DNA of 64,000 bases from Podarcis melisellensis (Eukaryota). Both the position numbers and the translations under genes were made by a program. Below are positions 48,939 to 58,856 of the stretch, piece after piece. Within the stretch, counting starts at the first letter, position 1. Every line of letters starts with the position of its first letter. The DNA is taken from NCBI GenBank assembly GCA_964234715.1, contig OZ174287.1. One strand, written 5' to 3'. The notes under the pieces are model-generated. The model ran no database searches and was not told where the DNA came from. It saw only the letters and a program-made list of their open reading frames with translations.

Positions 48939-49101
48939 CTATGGGGCAATACATAGACAGGAGTAGCGGGGTTATTATTACCCAAGAGATATATCACAAC
49001 AGCAATAGGAACAGCTGCAGGCGGGGAACTTGTGGCCCTGCAGATGTCACTGGACTCCCAGCTCCGGTCAGTTCTCGGGACACAGACACACCTTTAAAGT
49101 A

Positions 49102-49331
49102 CAGTGGTGCCTCGGGTTACATACACTTCAGGTTACAGATGCTTCAGGTTACAGACTCCGCTAACCCAGGAATAGTACCTCGGGTTAAGAACTTTGCTTC
49201 AGGATGAGAACAGAAATTGTGCTCCGGTGGCACGGCGGCAGCGGGAAGCCCCATTAGCTAAAGTGGTGCTTCAGGTTAAGAACAGTTTCAGGTTAAGAAC
49301 GGACCTCCGGAACGAATTAAGTACTTAACTG
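49102..49331 (+). mobile_element. Tc1/mariner MITE with damaged right TIR
   Basis: Same family as 7346; abuts the next MITE via a shared TA. Confidence 0.8.
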
Positions 49332-49333
49332 TA

Positions 49334-49877
49334 CAGTGGTACCTCGGTTTACGAACTTAATCTGTTCTGGTAGTCCATTCTTAAACCAAAACCGTTCTTA
49401 AATCTGAAATATACTCAGAGTCGAGAGTGGATTTCATGCTCTTTATTCAGCTCATAGTGGTGAAGACGAATGGGAGTTCCCCCAGAATGTCTGCTTTATA
49501 TACATTATTTACATAATGGGCCCCACGTGATTGGCTAATTCTGGGATTCACCTGTAGGCCAATCAGGTTGCGGATTCACTTCTACCTGGAGCTGGATTGG
49601 GTGGCTCCTGTGGACCAATCAGACTGCTGCATTCTGGATCCTATTGTTCTAGGACCAATCAGACTGCTGCATTTTGGATCCTATTCAACTTAGTACATAA
49701 CAAAATCGAGGCGTGCTTTCCCTAATGAGGTCTCCCGCCACCGGTGCCCTTCCACCGTTCGGATTCCGTTCTTAGACCAAGGTAAAGTTCTCAAACCAGG
49801 ACACTATTCCCGGTTTCGTGGAGTTTGTAAACCAAATGGTTCTTAAACCAGACTGTTCTTAAACCAAGGTACCACTG
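49334..49877. mobile_element. Second Tigger-like MITE, interrupted by a solo LTR
   Basis: TIRs CAGTGGTACCTCGGTTT...AAACCAAGGTACCACTG with TA TSD. Confidence 0.75.
49405..49702 (-). mobile_element. Solo LTR nested in a MITE
   Basis: TG...CA ends, 5-bp TSD AAATC (49400-49404 / 49703-49707), minus-strand TATAAA and AATAAA, repeated CCAAT boxes. Confidence 0.8.
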
Positions 49878-50865
49878 TACATGACTCTCCCCCAAAGAAT
49901 CTGGGGGAGTGTAGCTAGTTGCAGTTGCTGGGAATCGTAGCTGTGCAGACAACAGTTCTCATGATTCTTTGGCAGGCGGGGGGGGGGGGAGATGTGTTTT
50001 AAAGGTAGTGCATGAATGTGGCCAATGGGAGTCTGCAGTCCAGCAAATTCTGGGGTGCCACAGGCTTCCCATCTCTTCACTGCTTCATCGTTCTCTATCC
50101 ACCGGCAAATGCATATGGCAGACAAGCAAGACACAGGTTGGGGAAAATGAGTTGGCAGAATATGTGAACATTGCCCAAGCATTTCTGCGTCACGTGGCCC
50201 TTTCTTCAGATATTACTAACCAGTGCTGCCAGACAACTGTGGTCGCACAGGATATTAGCAGCATCCAAATTTGCCCTCCCGTCCCCTTTTTATACGTGAT
50301 GTGCTCATTGACCACAGAGTATACCTATTCCTCAACGCAGCATTCTATATTTGGAGACTTTGTTTAACCCTTCAGGTCCATTTTTTTTTTTTAAATGCAG
50401 CGTTCTTGGCAGTTGACAAGTAGTCATTCTGTGCAGCTTTAAGGGAGCAGAATTCCTGTACAATTGCATCAAACTGCTTATACAATACCAGCAAACACAA
50501 TCCCCTTTTGCTTTCCACTGTGTGTATATGGTCCTGTTATAGCAAGAGGAGTTTTTAATGTTTGATGTTTTATCATGTTTTTAATATTCAGTTGGGAGCT
50601 GCCCAGATTGGCTGGGGAAACCCAGCCAGATGGGCGGGGTATGTATGTATGCATGCATGCATGCATGTATGTATAAATAAATAAATAAATATCATCATCA
50701 ACATCATTACATTCTGGCTCACCAGATTTTCAATAGGCCCCCCTCTACTGTTTTCACAGCACAACCATGGCCACAAAACTACAGTGGTTTGTTCTGCAGC
50801 TGTGTGGCCACTGTGTATGACCCTAGTGTGCCACATCTGGGCCCCGTGCAATGTTGCAAACTTAC

Positions 50866-50944
50866 CGAAGGGGGTGGGGAATGGCGGTCGATGAGGGGGA
50901 CGCTCTCAAATCGAGGACTGCCACTGTACGAAGCGCTTTGACTC
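50866..50944 (-). CDS. TTYH1: TTYH1 exon 13, dual-frame: ESKRFVQWQSSI* (phase 0) or SQSASYSGSPRFESVPLIDRHSPPPS (phase 2)
   Basis: 79 nt, gcttgcag| acceptor, TCG|GTAAGT donor; both frames match known TTYH C-termini. Confidence 0.9.
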
Positions 50945-51672
50945 CTGCAAGCAACACCGACAAAGAAGCTGAAAACAGGTCCCCCCTCCCTCCCTTCGCA
51001 GACCACTACCCCAGAACTGGAAGGTCAAATCCACTCTCAGAGATACTCAAAAGCCTCTACTCTGACTGTCTTTCACAAGTTCCCAGAGAGCAGGCAATTT
51101 ATATGGTTCTCGGTTTATTTTGGTCACAATTCAGGAAGCCGTAAACCAGAAGGCGGATCCTCGTTTCACCAAGGCGTGATTGATACGCCTGCCTGGGCTG
51201 TGGATGCTCTTTGTGTTTTGGAGTCGATGAATTCCCTCCTTCCGTCATATAGAACCATGGAATCGTAGAGTTGTATGTGTTTGAAAGTTTAATAGGAGAA
51301 CTCCACTCGCAGGGTTTCATATGCACAGGCACAACTTGTGCAATTCTTCCTTCTCAGAAAAAGGAAGGGACAGAGCCGGCCCACCCAAGAGGCAGGGTGA
51401 AGTGCCTGCCTCGGGCGGCAGAAGGGCAAGGGGCGATGCTCTGCCTGTCCCACCACTTCTGCTGCTGCCACTGAGAGAGAGGTGCTCCTGCGTGTGCCAT
51501 AGCCACTTGCCATCCTTGTCCCTTGGCAGAGAAGCCAAACAGCAATGCTGATTCCTGCTAAGTCTGGCCTTGGCTCCTGCTGAGTTTGGCAAAAGCCAGG
51601 GTATTTTTCCATGCCACGTCGCTGCTCGGATTCCCTGCCCTCCAGGGCGGAGAAGCCAAGTGGCGATGCTTT

Positions 51673-51807
51673 AAGGCTTCCCAAACTTGGGTCTCCAGCT
51701 GTTTTTGGACCACAATTCCCACCATCCCTGATCTCTGGTCTTGCTAGCTAGGGATGATGGGAGTTGTAGTCCAAAAACAGCTGGAGGCCCAAGTTTGGGA
51801 AACCCTG
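51673..51807. mobile_element. Palindromic MITE
   Basis: Same family as 9627-9770. Confidence 0.8.
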
Positions 51808-52721
51808 ATTTAAGGAGTGCCTCAGCTCCCTTAGGTGGCAAACCGGGATGGGCCACGGCCCAGGAAGGTGACAAGATGGAGGAAACGATACTGTACTCAT
51901 ACACAGTAGGAGGAGGGCAATGGCTAACCCTCCACTATACAAAGAGGATTCACAACCCAGGTTAAGTGAATCAGCCAGATCTAAGAAAAATCTGGCCCCG
52001 GTCGCTTCAAAAAATTTTAGTGGCATTTGTAGCACATTCCGATCTGAATCTTGCCCCAGATGTTGGGCCAGGGCAGTAACAAAACAGAACAGTAAAAGGG
52101 TCATGAGAAGGAGGAAAGGAGAAGAATAAAACAGAATGTTTGTTGGAGAAGTTGACCCTACATTGGGAAGCTTTTGGGTGAGAAAAGGAGCAGCAAAAGG
52201 GAGTGCTGTCCACGCCAGAAGAGCCTCTCTGGATTTGGGATTTGGATTTGGGAAAGCAGGATTTTGGAAAAGCTTCTGTCTTGGGATGGGAATAAGGGGT
52301 GAGAATGAGTGCTGGGACAAAGCAGTTGTTGGCTAATTCCTGTGCAAACAGGGTGGGAATGGGAATGGGAGAGCAGGACACGTAAGTGACAGAGAAGTGA
52401 AGGAAACTAAAGGATTCATTATCCATAACTCCCATGGAAAACTGCTTGATATGGGCTGGATTGTGGTGGTGATGGCAAAGGACGTCCATGGCTGGCACTT
52501 AATGGATACAGGTTTGGGTTGAGGAGGAGCAGCTTTTGAAATATAAAGGATTGTGGGGGTTGGTTTGGGTCTCAACCACGCATGCGATTTTGTATTTGTA
52601 AGGCTGCGGTTTGTCCGCAGAAGGAACTGCTGAACGGGTCAAACCAGCCTGTTCATTAAGCCAGGCATCCTGTTATCATCCATCCTCTCACTTCACCCTG
52701 TTCACATGTCCAAAGGAGCTG

Positions 52722-52958
52722 GTGAAGAAGAGTTTGGATTTGATATCCCGCCTTTCACTCCCTTTAAGGAGTCTCAAAGCGGCTAACATCCTTCTTTCCC
52801 TTCCTCCCCCACAACAAACACTCTGTGAGGTGAGTGGGGCTGAGAGACTTCAGAGAAGTGCGACTGGCCCAAGGTCACCCAGCAGTTGCATGTGGAGGAG
52901 CAGGGAAGCGAACCCGGTTCACCAGATTACGAGTCCACCGCTCTTAACCACTACACCA
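52722..52958 (-). mobile_element. tRNA-derived SINE
   Basis: Minus strand begins TGGTGTAGTGGTTAAGAGCGGTGGACTCGTAATCTGGTGAACCGGGTTCG (A/B boxes) and ends in a GGCGGGATATCAAATCC...CTTCTTC tail. Confidence 0.8.
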
Positions 52959-53183
52959 AGCTGGCTCACATAGAGACTGTTTGGTGATGATGTTCTTTCA
53001 GGAGAGGGGAAGCCTCCTACCCATTCACTTGGGTGGATGGCCTGCCATCCTACAGGGCAGGAGAACAATAAGCCAGGGAGCTAGTCTTTTGTTTCAGGCT
53101 GATCTGAAGCTGAAAAGAGACACCAAGGCGTGGCTCGCTCTGTGTGCTGGGAAACCTAATGGGGAAGAAAGGTCTGTTGAAGT

Positions 53184-53644
53184 TGTTATAGCCAGAGGGT
53201 ATCCGAACCAAGTACTCTCAAAGCCCTAACTCAGGAAGAGAGAAGTGTAAATAGTTTTATTGTTCTCTGGAAATCGGGTAATTAAAAAGGGTCGGGGAAA
53301 TAGCAGTGATGAATGGGGTGAGCTACGTACACATGTCATCACATGACAGCCACTCCCTCTTTATGACCTGTTTGTGATGTACTGATGATGCTGTTGGAAG
53401 TGTATTATGGGAAAGGGGTGGATAAGTCTTAAAAGTTCATGCAAGCCCATGCTCAGGGTTCCTACTCTTTGTGTGTTTGAACCTTGTTGCAACAAATAAA
53501 GATCAGGTCTACTGACCGCTGTTTTGCTTCTTTAACTTGGCTGGGGACTCCTTCCTTTGACTGACCAGAGGGACCCTTGGGGAGTGGCACCCCAATGAGC
53601 TGGGCAGTGGAGTAAATCTGCACCCCAGGATTTTTTCCTTATCA
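53184..53644 (+). mobile_element. ERV-like solo LTR
   Basis: TGTTATA...TATCA ends, near-TSD AAGT/GAGT, AATAAA; similar to the LTR at 61103. Confidence 0.55.
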
Positions 53645-53688
53645 GAGTGCTAATGCTTTGGGCTCACCCATCTTATGCTCAGGTGGTA

Positions 53689-54031
53689 AAGGTAAAGGGA
53701 CCCCTGACCATTAGGTCCAGTCGTAGCCAACTCTGGGATTGCGGTGCTCATCTCGCTTTATTGGCCAAGGGAGCCGGTGTAAAGCTCATGTGGCCAGCAT
53801 GACTAAGCCACTTCTGGCGAACCAGAGCAGCACATGGAAATGCCATTTACCTTCCCACCGGAGCGGTACCTATTTATCTACTTGCACTTTGATGTGCTTT
53901 TGAACTGCTAGGTTGGCAGGGGCAGGGACCCAGCAACGGGAGCTCACCCCGTCATGGGGATTTGAACTGCTGACCTTCTGATCGGCAAGTCCTAGGCTCT
54001 GTGGTTTAACCCACAGCGCCACCCGCGTCCC
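53689..54031 (-). mobile_element. Sauria SINE
   Basis: 16-17-bp TSD (C)TTATGCTCAGGTGGTA on both flanks. Confidence 0.92.
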
Positions 54032-54526
54032 TTATGCTCAGGTGGTATATATGTGTAAATAAAACCATATATCCTAAAGTCATGCCAAATCCAGGGCAAG
54101 CACTTGAACTCCTGGGTGCTCTTGCTGCTTGGAGACTGACGTGTGTGCAAGTGTGCGTGTACACACATATATACACAAACATCTCTCCGTGTGTTTGGCT
54201 TTAGAACACAGGAATGACATGCAGGAGTCAGGAAACGAATGAGCAATGGCAGGTAGAGAAATGAAGAAAGCACGACTGGGAATGAGGGTGATGCTGTAGC
54301 AGTAGGCGAGGAGGAGGAGGAGGAGAGGAGGAAGGAAAGGGAGAGGAAGCACTCAGATGCAGGTTGGGAGGGAGGGGTGGGGACTGCCCTCCCTTCCCCC
54401 CGCCACTCGCGCACTCGGATCTGTGCCGGTTGCTGGCCGCTCCGAGCCCCTCCCGCCTCGCAGGGGGCACCGTGACCGAGCGAGCGGGGAGGGGGGGTTG
54501 GGAGGTGGGCGCTTGGGGCTACTCAC

Positions 54527-54718
54527 ATGTACTGTGAGACGGGGGCGTTGGAAATGGGGGGGGCTGAGAGGCGCAGGCTGCCACGGCTGCCCCAGCTTGA
54601 ACAGTGGCTATAGGAGCCGGGCAGGGTGGGCCCGGCCCCCCCCGCGCGCACCGTCGGCTGCCTACGTGCCTGGGGCGTGAAAGGGTCGTCGTCCTCCATG
54701 TCGTCGTAGTCCGAGTCC
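54527..54718 (-). CDS. TTYH1: TTYH1 exon 12, long form (DSDYDDMEDDDPFTPQ-ARRQP...ISNAPVSQYM); short form would end at 54670
   Basis: gtctag| acceptor; acidic DYDD..DDDPF motif; AT|GTGAGT donor; internal CAG|GCACGT candidate donor. Confidence 0.9.
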
Positions 54719-54912
54719 CTAGACGGGAACGCGAGGAGAAAGAGAAAAAGGGAGAGTGAGGGGCAAGGTTGGCAGATGGGTGGCAAACCTCTCAAGAAGG
54801 GTGTGGCCCCACAATTGTACTCAAGAGGCAAGAGAGCGGAGTCCTCTTTTGTACCATGGCGGGCCAGGTGTCCTACTTTACAGAGAATGCTTCTCTCCTT
54901 GAAGGATTCTAT

Positions 54913-55120
54913 TTTTATTTTTAATTTTTTTATTGTATCTTTTTTATTATTATTCGAGTTCAGGATTTTTACATACATTATATTATCTCCTTCCAATTTT
55001 TAAATTTCCCGCACAATTTTTTCCTTTCCCTCCCTTCCCACCCATATCCATTGGAAAGGTTCAAACAATTATCCTCAGCCACAGGAATAGCATCTTTAGT
55101 TTCCACCAAATGTCTTTTGT
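54913..55120 (-). mobile_element. Short retrotransposed 3' fragment, probably L1
   Basis: 19-bp TSD TCTCCTTGAAGGATTCTAT (54894-54912 / 55121-55139); A-rich tail on the minus strand. Confidence 0.75.
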
Positions 55121-55242
55121 TCTCCTTGAAGGATTCTATACCTTCCAAGTGCCAAAGAAAAAATGGTGGCCATGCTCTCGCTCCGATAAAGTGTTTTTCG
55201 GGGCCACAATCCCATGCGGCACCCAAAAACATGTGTTCTTGA

Positions 55243-55389
55243 CAGTGGCGTAGCGTGGGTTGTGAGCACTCGGGGCAATGCAAGTAATTTGCGCCCCCTA
55301 ACCCGTGGATTTGCGCCCCCTAACCCTAACCCCCAGATGTTGCGCCCGGTGCGGCCGGCCCCCCCTGCACCCCCCACGCTACGCCACTG
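55243..55389. mobile_element. hAT MITE
   Basis: TIR CAGTGGCGTAGCGTGGG, 8-bp TSD GTTCTTGA. Confidence 0.85.
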
Positions 55390-57021
55390 GTTCTTGAGCA
55401 CCGGGTGAGATCACGTCCCCCAAAAGCACTTTTTCCAGGGAGAGGGCGAGGTGCAGGTCACATGACACACTCGGGAGCATGTCCTGGAAGACACACGTTT
55501 TGCATCGGAAAATGTTGGACCCTAGCAAAGGGCAAAGCCCTGATCCACTGCGGTCCTGCTCCAAATGGGGACCCTGACACCTGGAAACAACTGTTCTGAA
55601 CTGGTATCGAAGCATGGGATGAGGAGTTAATGTTCTCCTAATCCTGCACTAGGTTCCAATTGTACCTGCAGTTTCCTTTAAAAAAAACCATTTGCACAAT
55701 TGTGTGAATAGCGTGATCTCTAGTTTGGCCCTGATGCTAGACCAGAGCATAGGCTGGTCAGTTGGCTGGGGCTGGCGGTGGGGCTTCTTTATCAACAGGA
55801 GAAGCTTTTCACAGAATGGAGGTAAGTATCATCACCGGCTAAATGCCTGCACATCAAGACAGACTGTTAAAGGCACAGGACAGAAAAGCTAGATAGAAAG
55901 CTGCCTGTTCAAACCAGGCTGCAGCCCACATGTCAGATGCTGCAGCTAGAATGCCTCTGGCCACAAGTTGACCGCCAAGTACCCTTTTGCAATTTTGCAC
56001 GGGAACACGACCACACACCTAGCTGATGCTACAGCCCGAATGGCTGATAGTTATCCATCTCCCAAGATGTATTTGCTCATGGCTTAATTGCACATAATTG
56101 CACATAAAATCTGACCAGAGGAATAAATTCTAGATCGGGAAGGCAAATAGCCACTTGTCCGGTTTTCTGTGGCATAGAAGAATCGCCTCCAGGCAAATCT
56201 TAACGATAAAACAATTAACAGGGAGGTGATACAAAGACTACTGCAATCGACACAAGATAATATCACCAAGTGCTGAACCACTGGTATATTATGAGTGAAC
56301 TCTCTATTTACTGAGTTTGCTGTTGTTTAAGATAAAGCCCATTTGGGAAAGAAACTACTTTTGCCATTTTATGGACGTTCATTGCTTGTTTACAGGTAGT
56401 TGCCTTGGTGATATTGTCTTCTGTCGATTCCAGGCAGATCTGGCAGGAAAGCAAGAGGAGGGGCCAGAGCTGAGCCTTGGAGGACACCGTACATGTGCAA
56501 AAGGTCAGAGTTCACTCTCCTATTGAATCAGACCAAGGGGTCCATCCATTCCAGCATCCTGCCTCTCACAACAGCCAATCAGATGTCTTCTCTGGGAAGT
56601 CCAAAGGCAGAGCATGAAAGCCATCACCCTGTTTAATTGTTGCCCCCCCCCCCCGGCAACTGGACTCCAGCTCCCATCAGGCACAGCTAGCATGGCCAGT
56701 AGTCAGGGGTGAAGGGAATTGTAGTCCAACAGCATCTGCATTATGGATCTGGCCAACGGCCCATCCAGTCCAAGCATCCTGGTCAACCAGGTGACATAAG
56801 TTCAAGACAGCTTCATATGTTCAAGTTTTGCAAAAGTGGGCTGTTGTTGTTTGGGGGGGGAGCTTTTTAAAGTCAACAAATGACCAACATAAGATGATGT
56901 CTGGGGAAATAGGGCAGCAGCTGCCCCGCCCCTGTGGGCTAATAAACTTTAAAGGGTCCATTTGCAAAGTTGCATTAAATCTGATGCCCAACTCGATGAC
57001 GCCAAGGCTGTGGGTGCTCAC

Positions 57022-57164
57022 CTGTTCTGGAACCTCTTCCACGCCCGGGGCAGACTGCAGACGGCAGTGGTGAAGGAAAGGGCAGAGAGGAAGGAGAAGA
57101 GGAGGAGGAAGAGCAACCCTTCCATGCCATCGTAGCACAGCCCTTTCAGGGCATCCACATAGTC
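57022..57164 (-). CDS. TTYH1: TTYH1 exon 11, TM5 (DYVDALKGLCYDGMEGLLFLLLFSFLSALSFTTAVCSLPRAWKRFQNR)
   Basis: 143 nt, ttattag| acceptor, AG|GTGAGC donor. Confidence 0.93.
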
Positions 57165-57167
57165 CTA

Positions 57168-57510
57168 ATAAAAATAAAAATAAAAATTTTTATTTATACC
57201 CCTCCCTGCACGGCCAGAGCCGGGCTCAGGGCGGCTAACACCAGTAAAATTACAATAAAAATATAATGGGGGGAAAAACCATTTTAAAATACAGGTTAAA
57301 ATACAATTTAAAATGCAGCCTCATTTTAAAAGTAGCCCATAGATCAAAACCATAAGGGGAGGGAAACATAAGGGTCAGACTGAGTCCAAACCAAAGGCCA
57401 GACGGAACAGCTCTGTCTTGCAGGCCCTGCGGAAAGATGTCAAGTCCCGCAGGGCCCTAGTCTCTTGGGACAGAGCGTTCCACCAAGTCGGGGCCAGTAC
57501 TGAAAAGGCC
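57168..57510 (-). mobile_element. L2 LINE 3' fragment inserted at the TTYH1 exon 11 acceptor
   Basis: Encodes RAFSVLAPTWWNALSQETRALRDLTSFRRACKTELF (L2 ORF2 end) with a GTATAAAT(TTTTTA)n tail; TAGG repeated at both ends. Confidence 0.82.
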
Positions 57511-57538
57511 CTAGGGGAAAGAGGAAGGCACACGCAAG

Positions 57539-57546
<8 letters not shown>

Positions 57547-57574
<28 letters not shown>
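57547..57574. repeat. (CA)n microsatellite
   Basis: Direct reading. Confidence 0.9.
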
Positions 57575-57580
<6 letters not shown>

Positions 57581-58496
57581 GAGCAGGGTTAACAGGAGAA
57601 CGGGCCTGCCCAGATGCTCTTCTCAATAGCTTCTTTGGTCATTCTTAAACTCAGTTTCCCTAGAGCAGGGCAGGACAGACTCCAAGCTTGCAGGACCTAC
57701 ATTAAGATTCTTGGAGGGTTTTTTTTAACTAGGACCCTGGTGGTAGCACTCCTTTTGCAACCCACCTTGGATCAGGCCAAGAGCCACCAGCTGAAGACTA
57801 AACTACCAACTCCCGTTTCTCTCTTCCTCTTCTCAGCTGGCAGGATGCTACCTTCTCTAAGCTCCGATGGGCATCTCATTCAAACATACAAAGAGATTCC
57901 CAGTTATCAGGAGGCCATTCTCCTAATCGTTGGCTCCTTTTGATGAACCATCAATTGACTGCCCTGGGTTATTAGCCAGCAATAATTTATTCCGAACATT
58001 GTCACGAGACAATGTGTTGGATGTTCGGAACAGCTGCCCAGCAAGATTTTGGCTGAAACACATCAGTCCTTTGAATGAAGTTTAATTTGGGCAGTTTGAA
58101 TGATGCTGTGCTGATGTACTACAATGGATAAATTTGGAAGCTCTCTTCAGAAATGTCATGCTACGGAGACGAGAGACACCGTTCCTCAACGGCATTGTAC
58201 GTGCTGTGAATGACGGACACGGTATTCGACAAAACTGCTGAAATCATAGTAATTGTTCCAGAATAAAATGTAGGGGTCTTTATTTATTTATTTTGCTTCG
58301 GTGTTGGGGTGGCAGGAGCCGCTCTCCCTGTCTTGTAGTTCCCAGCAGTTCGTATTCAGAGGCATCTTTCAGTGGGAGTGGTATGCAGCCGTAGAAAAAT
58401 GAGAGGTATAGGACAAGTAGGGAGAAAGGGGTTCAGTGGAGGGGCCAGTGAGTGTCAGTGGATCACTTAAAGGAAGAATAAGAGTGTGTGGGTTAC

Positions 58497-58589
58497 CTTA
58501 TGAAGTCCCCGGCAGTTGAGCAGAGCAATAAGGTTATGGAATTTGCTTTCTGTGTTGTTCAAAGTGCTCTGGATAGATAAGATGTTTTT
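58497..58589 (-). CDS. TTYH1: TTYH1 exon 10 (KNILSIQSTLNNTESKFHNLIALLNCRGLHK)
   Basis: 93 nt, gcag| acceptor, AAG|GTAACC donor; N-glycosylation sequon NNT. Confidence 0.92.
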
Positions 58590-58763
58590 CTGCAATGCAC
58601 AGAGGATGTGAGGAGAGAACCCAGTAGCCCTGGATTACACAGCCCTTTCCCCTCCCCTCATCCTCCTAACCCACCAGATCCCTTTCTGGACCAAGAGAAT
58701 CAAGAGTCCAGGCACCCAGTGTTTTTCTGCCCCCCACCCTCCTATCTGGGCATTCCTACTGAC

Positions 58764-58856
58764 CTCCGCTGCTGGGAAATGTGGGATGGCTTCTCTTTCC
58801 AATCCGTACAGCTGAGAATGTATGTTGGACAATGCCCTCTGACACATGGTGAGCCT
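58764..58856 (-). CDS. TTYH1: TTYH1 exon 9 (RLTMCQRALSNIHSQLYGLEREAIPHFPAAE)
   Basis: 93 nt, ctgcag| acceptor, GAG|GTCAGT donor; close to the recalled human RLTLSQRALANIHSQLLGLEREAVPQFPSAQ. Confidence 0.93.

Noticed and set aside
54719-54996. N-terminal part of the 157-aa ORF 54523..54996
   Set aside because: Intron and retroelement tail; only 54718-54527 is exon.
55306-55333. CCCTAACCCTAACCC telomere-like repeat
   Set aside because: Only 2-3 units, internal to a hAT MITE; not an interstitial telomere.
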